Assembly: GCA_039933375.1 (NCBI GenBank)
Contig: JBDTOF010000392.1
Location: forward strand, 1 to 32,494
Reading direction: 5' to 3'
Length of the DNA: 32,494 nt
DNA from: Chloroflexota bacterium
GTDB lineage: Bacteria; Chloroflexota; Limnocylindria; Limnocylindrales; CSP1-4
A model generated the notes under the pieces. That model ran no database searches and had not been told where the DNA came from. It worked only from the letters and a program-made list of their open reading frames with translations. Shown here piece after piece: positions 1 through 8,419 of the stretch (position 1 is the stretch's first letter; each line of letters begins with the position of its first letter). The position numbers were made by a program, and so were the translations under genes.

Positions 1-39
1 TTTCAAGACAGGACCGTTAGACCACTCCGGCACCTCTCC
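1..39 (-). tRNA. tRNA-Ser(UGA), 5' half; truncated by the window start
   Basis: Reverse complement reads GGAGAGG-TG-CCG-GAGTGGTCTAA-CGG-T-CCTGT-CT-TGA-AA. This gives a Ser-type acceptor 5' strand GGAGAGG, a D-arm with GG, and anticodon loop CT-TGA-AA. Confidence 0.93.
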
Positions 40-46
40 GCCGCCG

Positions 47-52
47 AGGATA
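47..52 (-). promoter_or_regulatory. -10 box (TATCCT) for tRNA-Ser
   Basis: TAnnnT hexamer 7 nt upstream of the tRNA 5' end. Confidence 0.6.
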
Positions 53-86
53 GCGCGGACCGCGATCGGACGGGGAACGCATGTGG

Positions 87-857
87 TCAGGCGAGCGCGT
101 GCACCACCCACACATTCGGGTCGTGGTAGAGGCCGGTGTCGGCCTCGCGGTTGATCTCGACCGGGGCGGCCGCAAACGGCACGATGTATGAGCCCGAGCC
201 GGGGAACGAGAGCCCAGTCCAGGTCTCCCACTCGCTGACGGTCCCAGGAATCGTCATGGCCTCGGGGCAGCCTCGCACGATGCGACCGCCGAGCCGGACG
301 TGGAGGCGGATCCAGGCGTCGAATGGTTCGCCATCCGGATTCGTCCAGAACGCGTAGCGGTCGATCGGGATAAGGGGGTAGCGGTGCTTGTCGGTGGGGC
401 GCACACAGGCAATGACGCCGTCGAACCCGTGGCTTCGGGCATTGGCACGCATCGCCATGACCATGACCCCGGCGAGGCCGATCCCCCGGCGGGCCGGGTC
501 CACCACGATCTGGATGGCGCCGAGCGTGGTCGGGTCGACGCCCGCGTCGCGTTGCAGGGCGCTTCGTTCGAACTGGTCGTCCCAGCCGGCCGGCAGGCCG
601 TCGTCAGTGCCATCCCACGCGATCGGAGCGCTGTTGTTCGTCGCGGCAATCTCGCCATCAGGGTCGAGCAGGACCAGCTGGAACTCTCGCCACACCGTCT
701 CGAGCAGGTCCCAGTAGCGGTGTGTGTACGGGTCATGGAACAAGAACTCCGGCCACACGGCGCCGTTGAAGCTGCCGGCCGGGTCGATCAGGTCGGGCCG
801 CTCCTCGAGTGAGACGAGGCTGAATCCGGCCGGAATCTCGAGATCAAGATCCATCAC
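87..857 (-). CDS. GNAT-family N-acetyltransferase-like protein
   Basis: Acetyl-CoA motif A-like VVDPARRGIGLAG. Also WPEFLFHD and VRPTDKHRYPL...DAWIRLHVRLGG blocks, as recalled from an uncharacterised GNAT subfamily. Start is GTG 857 or ATG 854. Confidence 0.75.
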   Translation of the reverse strand: MMDLDLEIPAGFSLVSLEERPDLIDPAGSFNGAVWPEFLFHDPYTHRYWDLLETVWREFQLVLLDPDGEIAATNNSAPIAWDGTDDGLPAGWDDQFERSALQRDAGVDPTTLGAIQIVVDPARRGIGLAGVMVMAMRANARSHGFDGVIACVRPTDKHRYPLIPIDRYAFWTNPDGEPFDAWIRLHVRLGGRIVRGCPEAMTIPGTVSEWETWTGLSFPGSGSYIVPFAAAPVEINREADTGLYHDPNVWVVHALA

Positions 858-888
858 GAATGTCTTTGGGGGTGCGCCGATGCGGCCG

Positions 889-2256
889 TCACGACCCGGT
901 AGCTTCGACGGCCTCAGGCGCCGCGACCCGTTCGAGACCCATGTACGGCCGCAGCGGTGCCGGAACGTCCATCGAGCCGTCCGCCCTCTGATAGGTCTCG
1001 ATGACGGCGGCCACGATCCGGGCCAGGGCCAGACCTGACCCGTTCAGGGTGTGGACGAGCTCGGGCTTCGCGCCCGGCTCCGGCCGGTAGCGAACGGCCA
1101 TGCGGCGAGCCTGGAAATCCTTGAAGTTGGAGCATGAGCTGACCTCGAGCCAGCGCTCGACGCCGGGTGACCAGACCTCCAGGTCGTACTTGCGAGCCTG
1201 GGTGAAGCCCATATCCCGGGTCGCCATGAGGAGGACGCGGTACGCCAGCCCGAGGCGCCTGAGCAGGTCCTCGGCTAGACCGGTCATCCACTCCAGGGCC
1301 TCGGCGGACGCCTCGGGCTTCTCGAACATAACCATCTCGACCTTGTCGAACTGATGGACCCGCAGGATGCCGCGGGTGTCCTTGCCCGCGGCCCCGGCCT
1401 CGCGACGGAAGCAGGGTGAATAGGCGGCGTACCGAATCGGCAGCTCCGATGCCTCGAAGATCTCGTCCCGATGGAGGTTGGTGACCGGGACCTCGGCCGT
1501 CGGGACCAGGTACAGGTCGTCACGCGTGACGACGTACATCTGGTCCTCCTTGTCAGGGATCTGGCCCGTGCCGCGGGCCGAGGCCTGGTTGACCACCGCC
1601 GGCGGCCAGATCTCGGTGAACCCGTTCTCGCGAGTGTGGACATCGAGGAACCACATGATCAGGGCCCGCTGAAGCGCCGATCCAGCCCCCCTGTAGACGG
1701 GGAACCCGGAGCCGGCGATCTTGGCGCCGCGGGCCAGATCGATCATTCCGAGACGTTCGGCGATCTCCCAGTGTGGGCGTCGCTCCCAGGTGGCACCGCC
1801 CTGAGGTGCGTCTGCGCCGACTTCGCCCTCGACCGGTTGATCGTGCGGAAGCTGCTCCCCCCAGGTCCGGATCGTGACGTTGGCCTCCTCACCGCCAACG
1901 GGAACATCGGCTTCGGCGGGGTTCGGGATGCGCAGCATCAGGTCTTCGACCGTCGTCTCCACCTCGGCCAGCTCCGCATCGATCGCGGTCAGCCGATCCC
2001 CGATCTCGGTGGATCGGGCGCGGAGCTCAGCAACCTCGGGACCATCGGGCCGCGCGCCGCCCTTGATGGTCTCCCCGATCGACTTGGAGGCGGTGTTGCG
2101 CTCCGCACGCAGTGCATCTCCCTCGCCCTGGAGCGTCCGCCGGCGTTCGTCGGATGCGAGGGCGGCATCGATCAGCGTCGGATCCTCGCCCTTGTCGACG
2201 GCCCCCTGCCGAATGGCGTCCGGCTCTTCCCTGAGTCGTGCGATGCCGACACTCAT
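889..2256 (-). CDS. serS: seryl-tRNA synthetase
   Basis: N-terminal coiled coil, PTAEVP, FRREAG, RVHQFDKVE, EVSSCSN, HTLNGSGLA. ATG 2256 has a GGAGG RBS and an ATGA overlap with the lysS stop, so the track start at 2463 is too long. Confidence 0.98.
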   Translation of the reverse strand: MSVGIARLREEPDAIRQGAVDKGEDPTLIDAALASDERRRTLQGEGDALRAERNTASKSIGETIKGGARPDGPEVAELRARSTEIGDRLTAIDAELAEVETTVEDLMLRIPNPAEADVPVGGEEANVTIRTWGEQLPHDQPVEGEVGADAPQGGATWERRPHWEIAERLGMIDLARGAKIAGSGFPVYRGAGSALQRALIMWFLDVHTRENGFTEIWPPAVVNQASARGTGQIPDKEDQMYVVTRDDLYLVPTAEVPVTNLHRDEIFEASELPIRYAAYSPCFRREAGAAGKDTRGILRVHQFDKVEMVMFEKPEASAEALEWMTGLAEDLLRRLGLAYRVLLMATRDMGFTQARKYDLEVWSPGVERWLEVSSCSNFKDFQARRMAVRYRPEPGAKPELVHTLNGSGLALARIVAAVIETYQRADGSMDVPAPLRPYMGLERVAAPEAVEATGS

Positions 2257-3890
2257 GTCGTACCTCCTGCATCGCTCATGGTCGCACCGCCGGCCGATGC
2301 TTCGCTCAATCGCGCCCCGACGAAGGCCTGGTCGAGGCCAGCGAGTAACCAGCCCGCCCGGGGGCCGCTCGTCCGGCCCAGGAACGTGAGATACAGGGCG
2401 GCGAAGGCGCGACCCGGCGGGAGCCCGAGGCCGGCCGCGGTCTCGAAGATCGCCGCCTGCCATGCGTCGCCACCGGCAGCCCGGACGCCCTCCGCACCAT
2501 GACTCTCGGTCGCAGCGGGGGCCAGGGCACCGAGAAACGCCCGCTGCGCGTCGTCGAGGACGCTCGCCTCGCTCGGGAGCGTGTCGCGAACGGACATGCG
2601 GGCCCGATCCGGCGCGTAGGAGTCAAGCCAGGCCCGGGCGGCGGTGAGGCGCTCATCGAGGATCTCCAGCTCCCGCGCATCCAGGGTCGATCCCTTCTCG
2701 TCCGCCACCCGGGCGACAACATCGACCCCGGGGACCTGGGCGAGGAACGCGAGGTGAGCGAAATTCGGCCGGAAGGCCGCGGCTTCTGCGGCGACGTCGG
2801 CGTCCGCATTCCGGAGCGCATGGCGAAAGAGCGACTCGTAGCCCGGCGCGATCTCGCCCTTGATCGGACGTCCGGCGGTGGCATCGGCCAGCTTGTCGAA
2901 TTCGTCGAATAAGCGTGGGATCGCGTCCGTGCCCTCCGGATCGAACTCGATGGCCTGGTTCGGCTTCGGCCGGATGAAGAGGGTCCTGATCTGATCGGGC
3001 GGGATGACCTCCACGATCCGGTGCGCGGCGGCCCCTCGGCCCTTCGAGGTCGACATCTTGCGACCGCCGATGTTCAGGAATTCGTAGGGGACGTTGATCG
3101 GGGGTTCGCGCTCGAAGACCTCGCGCGCGATCGCATCCGACCGATCGCGTGAGCCGCCGGCCGTGGCGAGGTCCTTTCCGCACGGTTCAATCGTCACCCC
3201 GAACAGGCTCCACTGGGCGGCCCATTCCAGGTTCCACGGCAACTTCGCTCGGCCGCCGAACGGCGCCACCCAGCCCGAGGCGCCGCAACCGTGGGCCCAG
3301 GTCACGAGCTCCGCGCGACACTCGAAATACACGCGCTCGCCGTCCCATTGGGTGACGATGGTCGTGCCAACCTTGCCGCATTGTTCGCAGATCACGAGGA
3401 CCGGGTGCCAGATGTCCGGGTGCTGGACGTTCGAGACGCGTCGGTAGAGGTCCCGGACAATGTGTGCTCGATCAAGCGCCGTCCGGATGTACGCGTCCAT
3501 CGCACCCGTCGGATAGATGTCGCTCATCCAGTAGTAGCGATCGGGATGGACCCCGAGATCCGCGAACAGGTCGATGAAGGTCTGCGCATGGTGGCGGGCA
3601 TATGACGCATGGCCATCGGGTTCCTGATCAGGAATGTGGGCCAGCGGAACGCCCATGTAGCGCTCGATGGCATCCGGAGTCAGGAGGGCCTGGGCGTCCA
3701 TGGCATCGAGGTCGTCCACGCCGTAGAGCAGGGTCGTGTCGTGTCCGGCGATCCGCAGCGCACGCGTGATGACGTCGAGGATGACCGGGCCGCGCAGGCT
3801 CCCGACATGAACCGTCCCGGATGGCGTCTTGGAGTCGTTGATGACCTGCGGCCCCGAGACGCGCGAGGCCAGCTCGTCCGCCCAGTCCAT
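2253..3890 (-). CDS. lysS: class I lysyl-tRNA synthetase (LysRS1)
   Basis: TPSGTVHVG (HIGH-like), KMSTSKG (KMSKS-like), CEQCG Zn site, KLPWNLEWAAQW, C-terminal SGPRAG. ATG 3890 follows GAGGAG. Confidence 0.95.
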   Translation of the reverse strand: MDWADELASRVSGPQVINDSKTPSGTVHVGSLRGPVILDVITRALRIAGHDTTLLYGVDDLDAMDAQALLTPDAIERYMGVPLAHIPDQEPDGHASYARHHAQTFIDLFADLGVHPDRYYWMSDIYPTGAMDAYIRTALDRAHIVRDLYRRVSNVQHPDIWHPVLVICEQCGKVGTTIVTQWDGERVYFECRAELVTWAHGCGASGWVAPFGGRAKLPWNLEWAAQWSLFGVTIEPCGKDLATAGGSRDRSDAIAREVFEREPPINVPYEFLNIGGRKMSTSKGRGAAAHRIVEVIPPDQIRTLFIRPKPNQAIEFDPEGTDAIPRLFDEFDKLADATAGRPIKGEIAPGYESLFRHALRNADADVAAEAAAFRPNFAHLAFLAQVPGVDVVARVADEKGSTLDARELEILDERLTAARAWLDSYAPDRARMSVRDTLPSEASVLDDAQRAFLGALAPAATESHGAEGVRAAGGDAWQAAIFETAAGLGLPPGRAFAALYLTFLGRTSGPRAGWLLAGLDQAFVGARLSEASAGGATMSDAGGTT

Positions 3891-3913
3891 TCCTGCTGCT
3901 CCTCGGTGGTGGC

Positions 3914-3952
3914 CCGGAGGTCGGGTGCGAACGATGTCCGCCAAACCTCCGG
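3914..3952 (-). other. greA-lysS intergenic hairpin
   Basis: CCGGAGGT...ACCTCCGG 8-bp inverted repeat with further inner pairing; no U-tract. Confidence 0.45.
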
Positions 3953-3983
3953 CGGGCTGGCCGCCGCCAACGCCCCCGAAGGG

Positions 3984-4448
3984 TCAGGCGATGGCGAGAA
4001 CCGCGTAGCTGATGTCGCCGTCTGGAACGCGAACGGTGATCTTGTCGCCCTTCTTTCGGCCCAGCAGGGCTCGACCGACGGGGCTCTCGTTAGAGATCCG
4101 GCCTTCGGTTGGCCGGGCCTCAGTCGAGCCCACGATCGTGAACGACACCTCACCCTCAGGACCTCGGACGGTCACGGTCGAGCCGATCTGGACCATCTCC
4201 TTGGATGGGTGCTCGTCGATCAGGGTGGCGTTCTTGATCAGCGCCTCGAGCGTCTGGATCCGTCCCTCGACGAAGGCCTGTTCGTTCTTGGCGTCCTCGT
4301 ACTCGGCGTTCTCGCTGAGATCGCCATGCTCCTTGGCATCGTGAATCCGGCCGGCGACCTCGGGCCGCCGAACCGACACCATCTCGTCGAGCTCGTGCCG
4401 GAGTTGCTCCAGACCTTCCCGGGAGATATAGGTGGGTTTGTTGTTCAC
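3984..4448 (-). CDS. greA: transcription elongation factor GreA
   Basis: HGDLSENAEY signature and ISNESPVGRALLG; GTG 4448 follows GGAG. Confidence 0.97.
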   Translation of the reverse strand: MNNKPTYISREGLEQLRHELDEMVSVRRPEVAGRIHDAKEHGDLSENAEYEDAKNEQAFVEGRIQTLEALIKNATLIDEHPSKEMVQIGSTVTVRGPEGEVSFTIVGSTEARPTEGRISNESPVGRALLGRKKGDKITVRVPDGDISYAVLAIA

Positions 4449-4513
4449 GTTGGCTCCGGAAACTGAGCTGTCCGTTGCCGCGGGGTGCGGCGAACCGAGC
4501 ACGCTGCTCTCAC

Positions 4514-4565
4514 AGAAAACGAAGAACCCCAGTGCTCCCGGGGGCGACCCACGGGCCTGGAGTTC
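4514..4565 (-). terminator. putative attenuator/terminator in the greA leader
   Basis: mRNA GAACUCCAG...CUGGGGUUC stem with inner CCCG/CGGG and GGG/CCC pairs, followed by UUCGUUUUCU; lies between the promoter and the start codon. Confidence 0.6.
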
Positions 4566-4580
4566 CAAGGCCGGTGGCGT

Positions 4581-4609
4581 AGCCTAGCGCGACCCCGGAG
4601 GGGTGTCAA
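4581..4609 (-). promoter_or_regulatory. sigma70-type promoter of greA
   Basis: TTGACA-N17-TAGGCT. Confidence 0.8.
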
Positions 4610-4613
4610 AGCC

Positions 4614-5084
4614 TCAGCCGCCGGACGAGAGCCCTTCGAGTCGAGCGCGAACCTGTTTCACCGATGACCGGTCCACGACGGCTACGAAGACGGTGTCGTC
4701 GCCGGCGATCGAACCGGCAACCTCCGGCCAGCGGGCGCGATCGAGCGCCGCGGCAATCGCGTGCGCTGAACCGGGCAAGGTGCGGATCACCAGGATCAGG
4801 CCCGCGTCCCGGAACTCGGCCGGGAGCTCGCGCAGGAGCCGGCGCAGGCGTTCCTCGCCGGATGCCTCCGCCTCGATCAAGCGGGGCGACAGCGCGTAGG
4901 CCTTCGTGCCGCCCTTCGATGCCTTGAGGAGACCAAGCTCGGCAACGTCACGGCTGATCGTCGCCTGCGTCGTCTGGAACCCACGCTCACGCAGCGCAGC
5001 GGCCAGTTCCTGCTGCGTGCGGATCGGCCGCTGCTCCACCAGGTCGCGAATGGCCCGCTGCCGGAGCTGCTTCATGACATCCAT
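4614..5084 (-). CDS. argR: arginine repressor
   Basis: TQQEL, TQATISRD, TLPGSA and GSIAGDDT motifs; start 5084 or 5075. Confidence 0.96.
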   Translation of the reverse strand: MDVMKQLRQRAIRDLVEQRPIRTQQELAAALRERGFQTTQATISRDVAELGLLKASKGGTKAYALSPRLIEAEASGEERLRRLLRELPAEFRDAGLILVIRTLPGSAHAIAAALDRARWPEVAGSIAGDDTVFVAVVDRSSVKQVRARLEGLSSGG

Positions 5085-5098
5085 CGGTCGCCCCGCCC

Positions 5099-5938
5099 TC
5101 AGCGAATTCCAAGCCCAAGCCAGGCTACGACGACCACGGCCGCAAGCCCCACTCGGTACACGATGAAGAGGGTGGTGGGATTGGTACGCAGGAACCTCAG
5201 GAGGAGCGCAATCGCGAGGAGCCCGGAGACCGCGGCGGCGATGATTCCGACCGCCAGTTGGTCTCCGGTCGCGCCGAAGAGGTCCTGGCCGACGAGGTCT
5301 CGAGCCTTGAACAGGCCGGCGCCGGCGATCACCGGAACGGCCATCAGGAAACTGAAGCGTGCGGCGGCCTCGCGCTCAAGGCCGAGCAACAGCCCGGATG
5401 CAATCGTGATCCCTGATCGACTGACACCAGGGAACAGGGCGAGCGCCTGGGCGACACCGATCGTCGCCGCATCGCGCCAGACCATCCCATCGAGGCCCCG
5501 TCTGCGCTGACCACGGCGCTCGCCAAGCCAGAGCAAACCGGCACCAACCAGGATGAACAGGGCAATCCAGGCGTACTGATCCCGGAAGGTTCGGTCGAAG
5601 AAGCCCTCGAGCGCCGCCCCGAGGAGGGCTGCCGGCACGACCGAGACGAGCAGCAGCCAGGCTAGGCGCCGATCGGGATCCCCGCCGATCCGGCGGTCTC
5701 GAACCGAACCGATCCACGCGAGCAGCAAACGGATCAGGTCTCGCCAGAAGTACGCCAACAAGGCAAGGAGGGTACCCATGTGAAGCATCACGTCGAACGC
5801 GGCCGAGTCGATGAACGGATCCTGCCAGCCCAGGAGACGCGGGATGAGGATCAGGTGAGCTGACGATGAGATCGGGAGGAACTCGGTCAGCCCCTGGACG
5901 ATCCCCAGGATCAGGGCATGGAGGAGGCTCGTGTCCAT
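5099..5938 (-). CDS. uppP: undecaprenyl-diphosphate phosphatase (BacA/UppP)
   Basis: GIVQGLTEFLPISSSAH, PGVSRSGIT, AARFSFL. Confidence 0.97.
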   Translation of the reverse strand: MDTSLLHALILGIVQGLTEFLPISSSAHLILIPRLLGWQDPFIDSAAFDVMLHMGTLLALLAYFWRDLIRLLLAWIGSVRDRRIGGDPDRRLAWLLLVSVVPAALLGAALEGFFDRTFRDQYAWIALFILVGAGLLWLGERRGQRRRGLDGMVWRDAATIGVAQALALFPGVSRSGITIASGLLLGLEREAAARFSFLMAVPVIAGAGLFKARDLVGQDLFGATGDQLAVGIIAAAVSGLLAIALLLRFLRTNPTTLFIVYRVGLAAVVVVAWLGLGIR

Positions 5939-5986
5939 GGGTTCCTTGCCGGAGGCCGGGAGATCCCGGGCTCCGAGCGATACGCG

Positions 5987-8194
5987 TTACCGGATGAAGA
6001 GTGGGGCGAGGACCAGGGTGATTGTTGCAAGCAGCTTCACGAGGACGTGGAGAGACGGGCCTGCCGTGTCCTTGAACGGATCACCAACCGTGTCGCCGAC
6101 GACGGCCGCCGAGTGGGCGTCCGTCTTCTTGCCGAGGATGTTGCCGGCGACGTCCTTGAGATTGCCCGACTCGATGTATTTCTTGGCGTTATCCCAGGCC
6201 CCGCCGCTGTTGTTGAGGACGGTTGCGAGGAGGACACCCGAGATGGTCCCGACCATCAGCATGCCTGCCACGGCTTCCGCGCCGAGGAGCAGGCCGACGA
6301 TGATCGGGGTGGCGACCGCGACAAGTCCGGGCGCGATCATCTCGCGCAGCGCTGCGCGCGTGGTGATGTCAACGACGCGGGCGTAGTCCGGGCGGACGCT
6401 GTAGTCCATGATCCCCGGCATCTCTCGGAACTGGCGACGAACCTCGACGATGATCGCCTGGGCCGTGGTTCCGACTGCCCGAATGGCGAGCGAGGAGAAG
6501 AAGTACACCAGCATCGCGCCCATGAGGGCGGCGATGAAGACGTTGACGTTGGCCAGATTGACCGACTCGAGGAGGGGCTCTCCGCGGTTGGTCAGGATGA
6601 GATTGACCTTGTCGATGTAGGCGCTGAAGAGCAGGAAAGCGGCCAGCGAGGCCGACGCAATGGCATAGCCCTTGGTCAATGCCTTGGTCGTATTGCCGAC
6701 GGCGTCCAGGCGGTCCGTGATCTCCCGGGCGCCGGCCTCGGCACGGCTGAACTCGGCGATGCCACCGGCGTTGTCCGTGATAGGTCCGAAGGTGTCCATG
6801 GCCAGGATGTAGGCCGTCGTCATGAGCATGCCCATGGTCGCGACCGCGGTCCCGAAGATGCCGCCGACGTCCTTGCCGTCTGCGTTCACGATGCCGGCCT
6901 GGGAGCCGAGCCAATGGCTCGCAAAGAGCGCGAGTCCGATGGTGATGGCGGTGACGAACGTTGTCTCGAATCCGACCGCGACACCGGAGATGATGTTCGT
7001 GGCGGGCCCGGTTCGCGACGCTTCCGCGATCTCCCGGACCGGACGGTACGTCCCAGCCGTGTAGAACTGGGTGATGTAGACGAACGCGACGCTGGTCGCG
7101 AGCCCGACCACGCCGGCCGCAAAGAAGTAGACCCACACCGGCAGGCCGGACGGGGCGTTGCCGTTGGTCTGCATCATCACGTTGGTGGTGAAGAGCAGCG
7201 CGACTACTGACAGCAGGGTGGTCACCCAGTAGCCGCGGTTGAGCATGTTCATCGGGTTCTCGTCCTCGCGACCGCGGACGAAGAAGATGGCGACGATCGT
7301 GGACAGGAGTCCGAAGGCACGGACGACGAGCGGGAAGAAGATCCACGCCTCGGGGCTCGGCCAGCCGGCCGTCAGGGCGATGCCGTAGACCGCGACCCCC
7401 AGGATCATCGCGCCGATGTTCTCGGCGGCCGTGGATTCGAACAGGTCGGCGCCACGCCCGGCACAGTCGCCGACGTTGTCACCGACCAGGTCGGCGATCA
7501 CGCCGGCGTTCCGTGGATCGTCCTCCGGGATGCCGGCCTCGACCTTGCCGACGAGGTCTGATCCGACGTCGGCCGCCTTGGTATAGATGCCGCCTCCGAG
7601 CTGGGCGAAGAGCGCCACGAAGGAGGCGCCGAAGCCAAAGCCAACGATCAGGAAGGGTGCGTCCTTGGTGGCCTGACCCCCGCCGAGCCCACCGAAAAGA
7701 CTGAAGATGCCGTACACGCCGAGCAGCGACAGGGCCACGACGAGGAAGCCCGAGACCGCTCCGCCGCGCATCGCAACCTGGACCGCCTCCACGAGGCTGC
7801 GGCGAGCCGCTGCTGCCGTGCGCACGTTGGCCTTGACGCTGATGTACATGCCGATGATCCCCGAGGCCATCGAACAGGCGGCTCCGACGAGGAAGGCAAG
7901 TCCGGTCCGCCAGCCGAGATCGAGACCGAAGATGCTGGTATCGGCGACGTCCTTGGTCTCGAAGACGCTGATCACGGCGCCGATTCCGACCGCTCCGAGC
8001 AGGGCGAGCGCGGCGATCGTCGTGTATTGGCGCCGGATGAAGGCGACTGCGCCCTCGAAGATCATCGCAGCAACGGCTTCCATCTCAGCCGTCCCCGTGT
8101 CTCTCGCGAGGACGTCCCGGGCAAGCCACATGGCGAACAGAACAGCGATCAGCCCGGCGGGCAGGATGATCAGTTGCAGGGTACTTGCGTCCAT
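5987..8194 (-). CDS. hppA: membrane-bound H+-translocating pyrophosphatase, K+-independent type
   Basis: GGIYTKAADVGSDLVGKVE, EDDPRN, DNVGD, DTVGDPFKD. GNTTKA carries the Lys that marks K+-independent enzymes. Start is 8194 or 8215. Confidence 0.95.
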   Translation of the reverse strand: MDASTLQLIILPAGLIAVLFAMWLARDVLARDTGTAEMEAVAAMIFEGAVAFIRRQYTTIAALALLGAVGIGAVISVFETKDVADTSIFGLDLGWRTGLAFLVGAACSMASGIIGMYISVKANVRTAAAARRSLVEAVQVAMRGGAVSGFLVVALSLLGVYGIFSLFGGLGGGQATKDAPFLIVGFGFGASFVALFAQLGGGIYTKAADVGSDLVGKVEAGIPEDDPRNAGVIADLVGDNVGDCAGRGADLFESTAAENIGAMILGVAVYGIALTAGWPSPEAWIFFPLVVRAFGLLSTIVAIFFVRGREDENPMNMLNRGYWVTTLLSVVALLFTTNVMMQTNGNAPSGLPVWVYFFAAGVVGLATSVAFVYITQFYTAGTYRPVREIAEASRTGPATNIISGVAVGFETTFVTAITIGLALFASHWLGSQAGIVNADGKDVGGIFGTAVATMGMLMTTAYILAMDTFGPITDNAGGIAEFSRAEAGAREITDRLDAVGNTTKALTKGYAIASASLAAFLLFSAYIDKVNLILTNRGEPLLESVNLANVNVFIAALMGAMLVYFFSSLAIRAVGTTAQAIIVEVRRQFREMPGIMDYSVRPDYARVVDITTRAALREMIAPGLVAVATPIIVGLLLGAEAVAGMLMVGTISGVLLATVLNNSGGAWDNAKKYIESGNLKDVAGNILGKKTDAHSAAVVGDTVGDPFKDTAGPSLHVLVKLLATITLVLAPLFIR

Positions 8195-8351
8195 CGGGGT
8201 AAGCGGATCCTCCATCGTGCAAACGTAAACGCGGGCCCGCCGATGGACGCGCGCTGCCTGCTGGGCGCAGGCCCGAAAGAGCGGACATGGACTCGGACCG
8301 CGTGCGGGAACTCAGGGCGCACCACGGACGGGCCGTTTGAGGGTGGCCGCG

Positions 8352-8381
8352 AGTGTATCAACCGCCGTTCGAGCGGGTCAA
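8352..8381 (-). promoter_or_regulatory. sigma70-type promoter of hppA
   Basis: TTGACC-N18-TACACT with extended TGn. Confidence 0.65.
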
Positions 8382-8419
8382 ACGCGTGAACCCCTTTCCG
8401 TCCTGGGCCGGCCGAGGCC

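Noticed and set aside
1-86. tRNA-Ser as an integration site for a mobile element
   Set aside because: The tRNA 3' end is outside the window; no integrase, att duplicate or compositional shift visible
3891-3983. Possible T-box or lysine riboswitch ahead of lysS-serS
   Set aside because: Only 93 nt; no T-box UGGNACC bulge or lysine aptamer features; just one hairpin
5085-5098. ARG boxes for ArgR autoregulation
   Set aside because: argR follows uppP by 14 nt; no AT-rich TGAAT..ATTCA palindrome seen here or elsewhere in the window
5918-7210. Long antisense ORFs (430 aa opposite hppA; likewise 24536-25621, 22532-23731, 1471-2502, 31591-32340)
   Set aside because: Expected shadows of high-GC codon bias opposite well-conserved genes; no motifs or translation signals
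5987-8194. Na+-pumping PPase call
   Set aside because: GNTTK Lys indicates the K+-independent class, which is typically H+-pumping; the characterised Na+-PPases are mostly K+-dependent with Ala here
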